Shown: positions 28,738-41,749 of the stretch, piece by piece
Layout of the letters: each line of letters opens with the position of its first letter
Numbering within the stretch: position 1 is the first letter of the stretch
Assembly: GCF_018977255.1 (NCBI RefSeq)
Contig: NW_024704742.1
Coordinates: forward strand, 68,450,001 to 68,514,000
Direction of reading: 5' to 3'
DNA length: 64,000 nucleotides
Source of the DNA: Callorhinchus milii
Taxonomy: Eukaryota
Program-made: the position numbers and the translations under genes
Notes under the pieces: model-generated
Seen by the model: only the letters and a program-made list of their open reading frames with translations
Told to the model about the DNA's origin: nothing
Database searches by the model: none

Positions 28738-28862
28738 CAACAGCGGTGCCTGCGAGTGGAGCGAAGCCCATTTCCCGCTTGGGCCGCACTGCGCATGCTG
28801 GACCCGCTCCGCCCACAGTAACCAAAGTTCTTTAGTAACAAAACTGCCGTCATCACTCCCCA
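28738..28862. promoter_or_regulatory. Isolated CpG promoter-like patch
   Basis: NRF1-like TGCGCATGC at 28790-28798 and GC box CCGCCC at 28809, within otherwise CpG-poor DNA. Confidence 0.45.
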
Positions 28863-28864
28863 CC

Positions 28865-30325
28865 TTAAAAAACCTACGCTGACCCCTCCAACCTCGGGCA
28901 CTATCGCCTTATCTCAAACCCTCCCTTTCTGGCCAAAGCTTTGGAACGCATTGTTGCCAACCAGCTGTGCGTGATCCTCTCCCTCCACTCCTTACTCAAA
29001 ACCCTCCAGTCCCGGTATCCACCCTACCAACAGCACAGAGATAGCGCTCGTGAAAGTCACAAACGATGTCCTCTATCTATGACCAGGGCTCTCTCTGTCT
29101 CCTTGTCTTGGATCTCTCCACCACGTTCGACACAGTTGATCATGCCATATCCTCCTCCATTGCCTCTCCTCCATTATCCACCTCAGTGGGACCGCACTCG
29201 CATGGTTCAAGATCTACCTTACAAACTGCCAGCACTACATTTCCACAAATGTTATTTCTTCTTGCCCCCACCCAGTCACCTGTGGGGTACCCCAAGGTTC
29301 CATCCTTAACCCCCTTCCTCATATATATGCTCCCCCTTGATGCTGTAATTTGTAGACTCAAGGGTTAACTTCCACATATATGTGGATGACACTCAACTCT
29401 ACTTCTCCTCCTCCAGGTGTGACGCCCAGTCCTCTGATATTCTGCAGCTTGTCTGACAGACATCAAAACCTGGATGAGCGCAAATTTCTTGCAGTTAAAT
29501 GTCAACAAGACAGAAGCCATATTCTTTGACTCCTGTCGACATCTTCTGTCCTGCGGTTCCGAACTCCTCAACCTACCCGACCTGTCCTTAAAACTCTCTG
29601 AACCCATGTGAAACATAGGTGTCAGGTTAAATCCCCAGTTATACTTCTTTCTCCACATCTGGTCCCTGACTAGAACCGCTTTCCTCCACCTCTGCCACAT
29701 TGCCATATCCGACAATACCTCACTCCACAAGCTGCCGAAATCCTTGTCCATGCCTTCGTCACCTCTCGGCTGGACTACTCTAACATCCTCCTCGCCAGTC
29801 TCCCCTCCTCCACTATTCATAAAATTCAACTCATCCAAACTCCGCTGCCCGCATTCTCACCCGCATTAAACTCCACACCCCGATTACCCCAGTCCTTGCC
29901 AAACTCTATTGGCTCCCTGTCACAGAGTGGATCAACTTCAGGATCCCCACTCTTGTGTTTAAATCCCTCCACGCCTTGGCATCCCCTTATTTGTCCAACC
30001 TTCTCTCCTCACTGCATTACCCGCTGCCTCCACTCTACTGGCTCTGCCCTCCTCTTTGTCCCTCGAATCCTCCCCTCTGCCATCGTCACCTGTGCCTTCA
30101 GCCACTAAACCCTGAAGCTATGGAATTCCCTCCCTTAATCCCTTTGCCTTGCCCCCTCTTTCCCCATTTCCAGGCTGCACTTGGAAGACCTTCCCTCTTC
30201 GACCATGTCTATGGTCACTCCCCCCCACCCCCCCATAGCTCGGCATCGGGCTCCGCCATTGTTAAGCGCTCTGGGATGCCACTTGGCCTGGAGAGCGCTA
30301 CATAAATGCAAGTTGCTGTTGTAGT
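28865..30325 (+). mobile_element. Decayed L2-like LINE (RT region to 3' tail)
   Basis: LLVLDLSTTFDTVDH, GYPKV, YVDDTQLY-like and SRLDYSN motifs across frameshifts, with the family 3' end. Confidence 0.88.
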
Positions 30326-31140
30326 AGAGCAGTCAAACTTTGAAGCAGTTGAGCAATAGTCAACAGTCCCCATCCAATAACCTGAGGTCCCGTCTGTCTG
30401 TTGGAAGTTGATAAACCCATGACAGTATTAAAAAAGAAAAGTGAGTTTCTCTTGGCAAACAATTCTCCATATATGAATTTGGATCTTTCACCTCCTGGCA
30501 GTTTTAAATTTAGTTTTGATTTGGAAGACAGCGTTAATCACTCTTAACATTTGAATCAGCGCTTTATCATATTGTCGGAATGCCTCAAAGAGCTTCACAG
30601 AATTTGCTGAAAAGTACAGTCACTGTGTATTTTGTAGGCAAAGGTGACAGCCAATTTGCAAGCAGCAGGTTCCCACAAACAGCCAGGAAGGGAATGACCA
30701 ATTTTTATTTTTAATAATACAGCACCACACCAGCACTACACTGGAGTATTAGTTTGTGCAGTAGTCAAAATCATCTTCCAAATCAACACTGAATTTAAAA
30801 AGTGTTCAAAATTCTACATTATTTTAAATTTGAAGTGATCTTACAAAAACGTAGTGGAATTTCTGCCTCTCGCAGATCAGAAACAGCATTCAGAATACAC
30901 AGCAAAATGTATATCTCCGACTATTCCTGTCAGCTGATTGAACAGTGGCACCCAGGTCAGGTCTGTCAATGAGTTGTGACTTGTTTCAGCGCTTTGTTTC
31001 ACTCTGTTTCAGTGACTTGGGATGTCCTCGCGATGTGGAAGGCGCTATACACATGTAATCTTGTTTTTGTCGTCGGTTGTTGTAAGTGTGTTTGGAATAT
31101 TCATCAGAGAAACTGAACTATGTACCGTTGACTCTGTTTT

Positions 31141-34100
31141 CGGGGCGGGGCGGTGTGTTGTGTTGTGGGCGGTGTGTGGGCGGTGTGTTGGGGGCGGTGT
31201 GTGGGCGGTGTGTTGGGGGCGGTGTGTTGAGGGGCGGTGTGTTGGGGGCGGTGTGTTGGGGGCGGTGTGTTGGGGGGCGGTGTGTGGGCGGTGTGTTGGG
31301 GGCGGTGTGTTGGCGGTGTGTTGGCGGTGTGTTGGGGGGCGGTGTGTGGGCGGTGTGTGTTGGGGGCGGTGTGTTGGGGGGCGGTGTGTTGGGGACGGTG
31401 TGTGGGCGGTGTGTGTTGGGGGCGGTGTGTTGGGGGCGGTGTGTTGGGGGCGGTGTGTGGGCGGTGTGGTTGGGGCGGTGTGTGGGCGGTGTGTTGGGGG
31501 CGGTGTGTTGGGGGGCGGTGTGTTGGGGGCGGTGTGTGGGCGGTGTGTGGGCGGTGTGTGGGGGCGGTGTGTTGGCGGTGTGTTGGCTGTGTGTTAGCGG
31601 TGTGTTGGCGGTGTGTGTTGGGGGCGGTGTGTTGGGGGCGGTGTGTTGGGGACGGTGTGTGGGCGGTGTGTGTTGGGGGCGGTGTGTTGGGGGCGGTGTG
31701 TTGGGGGGCGGTGTGTTGTGGGCGGTGTGTGGGCGGTGTGTGGGCGGTGTGTTGGGGGCGGTGTGGTGTTGGGGGCGGTGTGTGGGCGGTGTGTGTTGGG
31801 GGCGGTGTGGTGGGCGGTGTGTTGGGGGCGGTGTGTGTCGGGGGCGGTGTGTGTTGGGGGCGGTCTGTTGGCGGTGTGTTGGGGGGCGGTGTGTGGGCGG
31901 TGTGTTGGGGGGCGGTGTGTGTTGTGGGCGGTGTGTGGGCGGTGTGTTGGGGGCGGTGTGTGGGCGGTGTGTTGGGGGCGGTGTGTGAGTGTGGGCGGTG
32001 TGTGGGCGGTGTGTTGGGGGGCGGTGTGTGGGCGGTGTGTTGGGGGGCGGTGTGTTGTGGGCGGTGTGTGGGCGGTGTGTTGGGGGACGGTGTGTGGGCG
32101 GTGTGTGTTGGGGGCGGTGTGTTGTGGGCGGTGTGTGGGCGGTGTGTTGGGGGCGGTGTGTGGGCGGTGTGTGTTGGGGGGCGGTGTGTTGGGGGCGATG
32201 TGTGGGCGGTGTGTTGGGGGCGGTGTGTGGGCGGTGTGTGTTGGGGGTGGTGTGTGTTGGGGGCGGTGTGTGTTGGGGGCGGTGTGTTGGCGGTGTGTTG
32301 GGGGGCGGTGTGTTGTGGGCGGTGTGTTGGGGGGCGGTGTGTTGGGGGGCGGTGTGTTGGGGGGGGTGTGTTGGGGGCGGTGTGTTGGGGGGCGGTGTGT
32401 TGGGGGGCGGTGTGTGGGCGGTGTGTGGGCGGTGTGTTGGGGGCGGTGTGTGTTGGGGGCGGTGTGTGTTGGGGGGCGGTGTGTTGGGGGCGGTGTGTTG
32501 GGGGGCGGTGTGTTGGGGGCGGTGTGTGGGCGGTGTGTTGGGGGGCGGTGTGTGTTGGGGGCGGTGTGTTGGGGGCGGTGTGTGTTGGGGGCGGTGTGTT
32601 GGGGGCGGTGTGTGTTGGGGGCGGTGTGTGTTGGGGGCGGTGTGTGTTGGGGGCGGTGTGTGTTGGGGGCGGTGTGTGTTGGGGGCGGTGTGTGGGCGGT
32701 GTGTGGGCGGTGTGTGGGCGGTGTGTGTTGGGGGCGGTGTGTGTTGGGGGCGGTGTGTGTTGGGGGCGGTGTGTGTTGGGGGTGGTGTGTGGGCGGTGTG
32801 TTGGCGGTGTGTTGTGGGCGGTGTGTGTTGGGGGCGGTGTGTGTTGGGGGCGGTGTGTGTTGTGGGCGGTGTGTGGGCGGTGTGTTGGGGGGCGGTGTGT
32901 TGTGGGCGGTGTGTGGGCGGTGTGTTGGGGGGCGGTGTGTGAGCGGTGTGTTGGCGGTGTGTGGGCGGTGTGTGGGCGGTGTGTTGGGGGCGGTGTGTTG
33001 GGGGGCGGTGTGTTGGGGGGCGGTGTGTTGGGGGGCGGTGTGTGGGCGGTGTGTTGGGGGCGGTGTGTGGGCGGTGTGTGGGCGGTGTGTGTTGGGGGCG
33101 GTGTGTGTTGGGGGCGGTGTGTGTTGGGGGCGGTGTGTTGGGGGCGGTGTGTGTTGGGGGCGGTGTGTGTTGGGGCGGTGTGTGGGCGGTGTGTGTTGGG
33201 GGCGGTGTGTGGGCGGTGTGTGTTGGGGGGCGGTGTGTGTTGGGGGCGGTGTGTGGGCGGTGTGTGTTGGGGGCGGTGTGTTGGGGGCGGTGTGTGGGCG
33301 GTGTGTTGGGGGGGCGGTGTGTGTTGGGGGCGGTGTGTGTTGGGCCGGTGTGTGTTGGGGGCGGTGTGTTGGGGGCGGTGTGTGTTGGGGGCGGTGTGTG
33401 TTGGGGGCGGTGTGTGTGGGGGCGGTGTGTTGGGGGCGGTGTGTGTTGGGGGCGGTGTGTGTTGGGGGCGGTGTGTTGGGGGCGGTGTGTTGGGGGCGGT
33501 GTGTTGGCGGTGTGTGTTGGGGGCGGTGTGTGTTGGGGGCGGTGTGTTGGGGGCGGTGGTTGTGTTGGGGGCGGGTGGTTGGGGGCGGTGTGTTGGGGGC
33601 GGTGTGTGTTGGGGGCGGTGTGTGGGCGGTGTGTTGGGGGCGGTGGTGTGTTGGGGGCGGTGTGTGTTGGGGGCGGTGTGTGTTGGGGGCGGTGTGTGGG
33701 GGCGGTGTGTGTGGGGGCGGTGTGTGTGGGGGCGGTGTGTGTGGGGGCGGTGTGTGTTGGGGGCGGTGTGTGTTGGGGGCGGTGTGTGTTGGGGGCGGTG
33801 TGTGGGCGGTGTGTGTTGGGGGCGGTGTGTGGGCGGTGTGTTGGCGGTGTGTGTTGGGGGCGGTGTGTGTTGGGGGCGGTGTGTTGGGGGGCGGTGTGTG
33901 TTGGGGGGCGGTGTGTGGGCGGTGTGTTGGCGGTGTGTGTTGTGGGCGGTGTGTGTTGGGGGGTGTGTGGGCGGTGTGTTGGCGGTGTGTTGGGGGCGGT
34001 GTGTTGTGGGCGGTGTGTGTTGGGGGCGGTGTGTGTTGTGGGCGGTGGTGTTGGGGGCGGTGTGTGTTGGGGGCGGTGTGTGTTGTGGGCGGTGTGTTGT

Positions 34101-34592
34101 GGGCGGTGTGTTGGGGGCGGTGTGTGTTGGGGGCGGTGTGTGTTGTGGGCGGTGTGTTGGGGGGCGGTGTGTGGGCGGTGTGTGTGGGGGCGGGGCTGTG
34201 TGTGGGGGGGCGGGGCTGTGTGTGGGGGGCGGGGCTATGTGTGGGGGGCGGGGCTATGTGGGGGGGGGGGGGCGGGGCTGTGTGTGTGGGGGCGGGGCTG
34301 TGTGTGGGGGGCGGGGCTGTGTGTGTGTGGGGGGCGGGGCTGTGTGTGGGGGCGGGGCTGTGTGTGGGGCGGGCTGTGTGTGTGGGGGCGGGGTGTGTGG
34401 GGGGCGATGTGTGTGGGGGGCGGGGCTGTGTGGGGGGCGGGGCTGTGTGGGGGGGGCGGGGCTGTGTGTGTGGTGGGCGGGGCTATGTGGAGGGCGGGGC
34501 TATGCGTGGGGGGCGGGGCTGTATGTGGGGGCGGGGCTATGTGTGGGGGCGGGGCTATGTGTGGGGGCGGGGCTATGTGGGGGGGCGGGGAG
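31141..34592. repeat. About 3.45-kb G/T-rich tandem array (gggggcggtgtgtt variants, grading to gggggcggggctgtgt)
   Basis: Directly visible; almost no A on the + strand. Confidence 0.97.
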
Positions 34593-34788
34593 GGGTCGCC
34601 GTATCTCGCGTTCACTGTGTTGTTGGCGAGACAGTGAGACCGGACCTGCGGAGAGTGTGGGATCCGCCCCTGTGTGTGTGTGTGTGAATCAGACAGACAG
34701 ACAGACAGACAGGCGGAGGCTGGAGAGGATTGAGGTGAATCATTCGTCCACTCGGATGTGACAAGAGCGCCCTTTATTTTCCAGATTT
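34590..34788 (+). other. MAVS: Probable noncoding first exon of MAVS (5' end approximate)
   Basis: CpG-rich unique sequence directly after a run of GGGGCGGGG boxes, ending at the donor TTT|GTAAGT (34789). The MAVS ATG exon downstream begins with a splice acceptor, so an upstream exon is required. Confidence 0.65.
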
Positions 34789-34981
34789 GTAAGTTTTATT
34801 CAGTTAAATCCTATTTCAACGTGTGATGGTTTGAATGTTTCCACCCGAACGGGTTTAAAATGGCTGAACCTGACAGAGCTGCAGATATGTAGGATCAGAT
34901 AAAACATGAGCGACGCTCGGATTTCCTGCTATTTTAAGAGGAGTTGCCCAGAGTTAGAGAGAATTTCTTTGCAATCGGCTG

Positions 34982-35070
34982 CCCCCCTCCCCCCCCTCTC
35001 CCCTCCCCCCCCCTCTCCCCCCCCCCCCCCCCCTCTCCCCTCCCCCCCTCTCCCCTTCCCCCCCTCTCCC
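34982..35070. repeat. Poly-C / CT low-complexity tract in MAVS intron 1
   Basis: Directly visible. Confidence 0.9.
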
Positions 35071-36309
35071 CACAAATGCGATCTCGCAGATTGCATCTAT
35101 TGCAACGACGTGTCATAGTTATACTTAAATTTCTAACCAAAACACCCGCGATCTGCGCACGAATGCTGTATACGCCATTTTCTGGAGAGAAAGTAATATC
35201 TGTAGATCATACAACATGACTTCCTGGTGTGCAGTGACAGACGGACATCCCGCAGTCAGACATCACAGCAATTTGAGTGCATGAATTGTGATTCTCTGAG
35301 TCAAGGCGTCATCGTAATACTTCCCAATTCAGCGCTGTATTGTAGGAGATGCCGTCATTATGATGAGGCTCTCTGTGCTGTTCAGTTGGGTGTTCATGAA
35401 CCTAATTCCCAGCCAACACTCCTCCGGGTACTGCTGCTTCACTTGATGTGTGCATTCGAATACAGTCACTAAACATGAATGTTATGGTTGGGAACAAGGA
35501 TCAGCTGCAGGGATAATGTCATTGGATCATTACACTGGGAGAAACTCTGTTCTCTTTTCAAATAGTGCCATTGGCTCTTTGCCAGTCACCTCCCCACATA
35601 TGTCAGCTTGCCTGGTCAGTGAGGTGTGGGCCTCCAGGCAGATGTCTGACAGAATGCATTACCTGGAGTCCGAGTTCGTGAACACACATTAGTACATTCA
35701 GGGCCTGGAGTCCACCTTCATTGGTTTGCAGAGAGGTCAGCAGTTGCTGCTTGAACTGCACCCCTCCAACTGGTGGAACCATCGCTCAATGGGAAGGGAC
35801 ATGTGCAGAAAGGAAGATGGTGGCTATGCTCACTCGCATTACTTGCTGAGCTGTGTTGAATGTAGACCAACTATCTGGTGACTATCCTCCTGGTGGGAGG
35901 GTTAAGTGGGGGTCTCCTTGGAGCTGAACTGGCTCCAAGATGACATGTTTGACAATGCAGTGGTAGAATCGAGTTAGTTCAGTTCCTGAGTACTACAGTA
36001 TTCCTGATGACAACACCGCCAGTCTGGTCATTGGCAGGACTTGGAAGGACAGACCAGTTGCTGGGGGCAGGGAATCCTCCCACTCAGTTCCTGGTAACTC
36101 AGTAAACCAAAGCCCTAGCTGGGCAAGGAGCGGGAAAGCTTGCCAAACAATGCTATCAATGGCAAGCTATGCGGTTTTAGCTGGTTAGACTCCAGCACGG
36201 TCGAAGAAGAGGGTCTTGAAATGGGTCTTGAAGGTGGCAAGGGAGCCGGCGAGGTGGAGGGACTTCGGAACACTCTGGGGTCTCCAAGCCTTGGCTCTTG
36301 CCAACCTGT

Positions 36310-37240
36310 GCTGATAGCATCACCATCCATGGTTGCACACTCCACGTTGCTAAGCCAGTCTGGAACCTTGGGGTCTTGTTTGACCCTCAACTATCCTTTC
36401 TACTGCACATCTGCGCCAGGACCTGCTCTGCCTTCCCCACCTCCGCAAAGTCGCCCGGATCTGCCACTGTCTCACACCGCAGGCCGTGGAAACTATCATA
36501 CACACATTCATTACACTGAGGCTTGACTATGCAAACTCATTGCTTGATGGCCTTCCAAACTCCTCCCTCCACAGGCTGCAGATCATCCAGAACTCTGCAG
36601 CCCGTGTCCTCTCCCGCACGATCCTGATCCTCACCTTCAAAGCACTCCATGGCCTTGCTCCCCTCTATCTCTGTGACCTCCTAACCCCAGAGTGTGGAGG
36701 CAGAGAGGCTGAAAGCCCGGCCTTTGATGGTAGGGTGGGTCGGGTAGGAGACATGGAGCATACCGGAGCCCGCTGAAAGGAGGGAGTGGGCAGGTTGGTA
36801 GGGAGTCAGCAGGTCAGAGAGGTAGGAGGAGGCAAGGCCATGGGTGGCCTTCAAGGTGAGGATGAGGATCTTGAACTCAATCCTCTGGGCGATGGGGAGC
36901 CAGTGGAGTCGGGTGAGGGTTTCGGCAGCCTGAGGGGTGAGGCAGTGGCGGAGTCTGGCAATGTTGCGGAGGTGGTGGTAGGCAGTGCCGGACATGGCGC
37001 GTATTTGGGGGAGAAAGGTCAGTTCAGGGTCAAACAAGACACCCAGGTTCCTGACTGGCTTAGTGAGGTTGAGTGTGCAGCCGTGGAGGCTGATGCTGCC
37101 AGTGCCCAAGGTGCGAAGGCGCTGGCACGAGCCAATCAGGAGGACTCGTTCTTGCTGACGTTGAGTTGGAGAAAATTGGCCCTCGTCCAGATTGTCCTGC
37201 ACTAGGCTCCGCGACCCTAATTTGTTGTTGTTGTTGTTGT
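36310..37240. mobile_element. Two L2-like fragments in opposite orientation (+ 36310-36690, - 36690-37200)
   Basis: ORFs 36486-36776 (+) and 36681-37247 (-) both carry family motifs (RLDYANSLL; LHWLPI...FKILILT). Confidence 0.8.
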
Positions 37241-38891
37241 ATTCCATTCCAACAATCTATCTCTGGGATTTCTATGTATAGATAGGATGCCGCGAAAATC
37301 TCAGTTTGATTTGGATACTCTTAGCATGGTGATGGATTTCTGCATGTGTCAGACATAGGGTAGGGTCTAAGTTAAAACCCACACTGAGCAGTAATTTAAA
37401 ACCACTGTGTTGTTAAAGTCTGCATATTTTTTCTTCATTTGAATTGATCACAGATGTTTGTGTACAACTCCTGTAGCGTAGAGCATCTGCTGATTTAACG
37501 TCCTACTTTCAGCAGAGAATTTCCCTAAACAGAGTGCATGCCCTGCAGCTTTTCTCAGCTCCTAGCACAACGTTTGCTTATACAGTGAAATCATGTGAAG
37601 TCATGTGCCAACCTCACTCAGTTGGTAGCACTCTTGGCTTTGAGTCAGAACACTGTGGGCTTGAGCCCTATGCCCAGAGTTTTCAATTCACAAGTGTCAG
37701 ACTGATACTTCAATGCAGTGCTAGAGGTGCTGTTCTTCTGATTAGACATAAAACCAACATCCTGCCCACCTGTTCATAGAATTACATACAACATTATATG
37801 ACGGGCCATTTAGCCCAACTTGTCCCTGCCATGTTTATACTCCAAACAAGGCCTAATCTAATGCCCCTCCTAATCTCTCCGATATCCCTTCTGATGTTTG
37901 CATCAAGTTTACTCTTAAATAAGTTGATGGAATGTGGACATTGAAGATCCCATGGCACTATTCAAAAAGGGAAGGGAGTTTCACACATTTTCCTGGTCAA
38001 CTACCCCCCCAGATAATATAGGTCATTGGCTGCTTGTGGGACCTTCATATGAAGAACTCTGGAAATAAAATGCAAGCACTGTAAAGTCAATTGACACATT
38101 CAAGAGAGATAGATAGACACTTGATAAGTAAGGATAATGAGGAACGGCGGGAAAATGGAATTAATGAATTGTCATAGAATGTTTTTGGAGTATGACATGT
38201 ACCCAAACTAAACTGGGAGTTCCACATATGTCAGACACCTACAAGTGGAAATATCCTTGTGTCTGGAATGGAATGCATGTACGAATTTGTGTTTTATTGC
38301 TCTAATCACTAGATGAATAGTCAAAGTCCAAAGAGTCGGTCAACCATCAAGGTTGAAGAGAATAGAGAGAAACAAGAACAGCCATTTAGTTGATGGTGTA
38401 ATGGTGTACACCCCCCACCGGCACATGCCTCTGTGCTCCTGGTTGAACCTCCTCTTGCTAGGGTGCGGCTCCACAAGGCTGGCTGCTCTTTGGTACCCCA
38501 CCTAAATGGCCAGTGTTTATTGCTACTTAAAGGGCATCATAACCAAGCCAGCAAACCAAAGCTCTAACAGGTAGGGTAGTCTTAGCTGGATAACCAGCGG
38601 GGAAGCTTGCCAGACGGTGCTCTCAATGGCAAGCTATGCGGTTTTACCTGGTTAGACTCCAGTGGTACCCCAACACACACTCGGGTCCCCAAGCCTTGGC
38701 TCTTGTCAACCTGTGCCAAATTAGATAACCAGGATTCGTTTCTTCAGGGAGAGAGTGCGCATTCCATTCCAACAATCTATCTCTGGAACTAGGTGGGATG
38801 CATGGAAATCTCAGTTTGATTTGGATTCTCTTAAGCATGATGTGGGTTTCTGCATGTGTCAGACACCCGGCTGAAAAAGAAGGTCCCCTGT

Positions 38892-40770
38892 GGAGTCCTG
38901 TACCTTAGTGGTGAGAGCACTCAACAACAACAACAACAAAACTACCATTCACGTCGGGAGTACGTCCCAAAGCGCTGGACAGACAGAGTTTGGGATCCAA
39001 GCTGGGGGTCGGGTTTGGGGTGGGTGGAGGGCAGGAGGGGAAGCAGGGTGATCAAAAGCACAGTCGAAGAGGAGAGTCTTGAGATGGGTCCTGAAGGAGG
39101 CAAGTGAGGGGGAGAGATGGAGGGACTGCAGGATGGAGTTTCAGAGGGTGGGGGCAGAGTGCCAATGCTGGGGCAGGCGAGGTGGGGGAAGTAAAGCTGG
39201 CTGGAGCCCTCTGAGTGGAGGGAGTGGACAAGGTGGTAGGGGTTTAGGAGATCGCAGAGGTAGGAGGGAACAAGACTGTGGAGGGCTCTGAAGGTGAGAA
39301 CCAGGGTCTGGAACTGTATCCTCTATGTGATGGGAAGCCAGTGGAATCGGGCGAGGATGGGGTTAATAGGGTCGAGGAGCCTGGTGCAGGAGAGGACACA
39401 GGCTGCAGAGTTCTGGATGATCTGCAGCCTATGGAGGGAGGAATTGGGGAGGCCGACAAGCAGGGAGTTTGCATACTCAATGCAATGAAAGCATGAATGA
39501 GGGTTTTGGTGGCCTGCGGTGTGAGACAGTGGTGGAGCCGGACGATGTTGCGGAGATGGGGGAAAGCAGAGCGGGTCATGGCACAGATGTGGGGTAGAAA
39601 GGATAGTTGAGAGTCAAACAAGATGCCATGGTTCTGGGCTGACTTAGTGAGGTGGAGTGTGCATCCATGGTGGTGATGCTGTCAGCGCCTGAGCCAATCA
39701 GGAAAGACTCGGTCTTACTGAAGAAAGTTCACTCTCATCGAGGACTTGATGTCTGACAGACACTCTGTCAGGACAGCAGTGGTCCTGGAGTCAAGGGTGG
39801 AGGCAGAGAGGTAGAGTTGGGTGTCATCTGCATACATGTGGAAGTTGACCCCATGTCTGGGGATGATGTCACCAAGAGGGAGCATATAGATATTGAAGAG
39901 GAGGGGACCAAAGACAGAGGCCTGAGGAACGCCGCACGAGACGGTGCGGGGGCTGGAGGAGAAACTGGAGATGAAGTGGAAGGGATGTGAGAGGTAGGAT
40001 CTGAACCAGTCAAGAACAGAGCCGTGAAGGTTGAGGTGAGAGGAGAGGCGGTGGATGAGGTTAGAGTGGTCAACAGTGCGAAGGCAGCAGAGAGTTCAAG
40101 GAGGACAAGGAGGCAGAGTTTTTGAGATGTCTCGAAAATGTGATAAAGCACTATATCAAATGCAAGGATTAATATTATTGTTATTATTATGTACACAACC
40201 AGTCGAGGGACAAAGTAGGAGCCTTGGCTGGTTTCCCCTTTCTTTACCCTGGGAAGATCAAGGCCAATTTAACCTCTGCATGCAGTCCTGGCTAAGAACA
40301 GCAAACTCAGTATAGACTGTGATTCGTGAATGGTGATGCTGTCAGCCCCTGAGGTGTGGAGGCGCTGACTAGAGCCAATCATGAAAGCCTTGGTCTTGTT
40401 GATGTTCACTCGCCTCACAAGCAGGAGGACCTGGGTTCGATTCCCGGGCAGGGTGAAATGTTGGGCAACTTTCCTTACTCCACATGCCTCTGTTTATCTA
40501 GCAGTAAGTAGGCACCCAGTTGTTAGTTGATTGGCGGATCACTTTTCCGAAGGTAATAATCCCTTCAAGTAAACAAATAAATGAATAATAATTTGGTCAC
40601 TCAGTGTTTTGTCACTCAGTGTTCACCCCTGCTGTGCGCAATTGGCTGCTGGTTCAAACAGTCAATTCACGTTACAGTACATTCTGTGAAGCGTTTTTGA
40701 GTCATTTCAAAGCCATGATAAAGCACTATATCAAATGCAAGGATTAATATTATTATTATTACAATTATTA
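38892..40770 (+). mobile_element. tRNA-derived SINE split by a 1.5-kb insertion (pieces 38892-38922 and 40407-40770)
   Basis: The head GGAGTCCTGTACCTTAGTGGTGAGAGCACTC resumes as CACTCGCCTCACAAGC...GGTTCGATTCCCGGGCAGGG at 40407. Confidence 0.8.
38923..40115 (-). mobile_element. L2-like LINE inserted in a SINE head
   Basis: (CAA)n tail at 38923. The reverse strand encodes YADDTQLY-type and LQIIQNSAA motifs. Confidence 0.88.
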
Positions 40771-41749
40771 CTATGTACACAAAGAGTAGAGGGACCAGAA
40801 GTAGGAGCCTTGGCAGGTTTCCCCTCCTTAACCCTGGGAAGATCAGGGCCAATTTAGCCTCTACATGCAGTCCTAACTAAGAACAACAAACTCAGTATAG
40901 ACTGATTCAGCAACTCTGGGTCTGTAAACTGCAGCTCCATCCACTACCCCATCGCTTTCTCTTGAAAGTGCTCCGGGATGCTACCCCACGTGAAGGGCAC
41001 TATATAAGTGCAAGTTGTTGTTGTTGAAATCAGCCCTTCGTATTTCTACAACCTCCTCACATACCAATTTGGCCTCCCCTTTGCTCGGCCAACACATCCA
41101 TCGCTCTATCCATTCCACCATCGACAGATGGACTTTCAGCCACTTGGCGCCCACTCTCTAGAACTCCATTCCTTGGTCTCTCCGAATTGTTCCTTCCCTG
41201 CCCTCTTTCAAGGTAAAATGTTCCTTGTATCCCCTTGTTCCAGTCATCTTTTTCCTCCTTACCCCCAGCTCTGGTGCTCAGACAATGCTTTGGGACGTCA
41301 TCTTGACATGAAGGGTGCTGTATAAGTGTAAATTATATTGTATTGTGATCTTGTAATCTTCTTGTTGTGAAGTGGATCAGTCTTATTGGAACATTGTGTA
41401 TTTTGTAGGCAGTTTGTTGCAAGCTCCACCATTGATAGCCAGCCCGGTGAGTCTAGTTGCCTTCTTTGTTTGGAGTTTCATGCCTGACTTCACCCGCCCT
41501 GTTTTTATGACTCAGTCCAGGAATGGAGAAACCTCCTCCTTCAGTGGCCAGGAGCTGCAATGGCTCTGCAGCTTGTACAAGAGTACGTGGGCTCAGTACA
41601 TGTTCAGCCTCGTCTGTCTCTCCCAACTATAAATATAAATGCAATTTTTTGTTGTTAACATTTTGCTTTGTGTGTGCAAAAGAATGTCCAACCTGTGAAG
41701 TTGATGGTAATCGTTTTCTTTTGTGTTTCAGGCTTGAAAAGGTCTAATC

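Noticed and set aside
28195..28863. Cys/Val-rich minus-strand ORFs
   Set aside because: They are translations of the AC/AG microsatellite.
31022..34761. Very long ORFs (up to 1174 aa) rich in G/V/C/W/R
   Set aside because: They are translations of an A-poor tandem array that rarely forms stops. All three frames are open and no domain is present.
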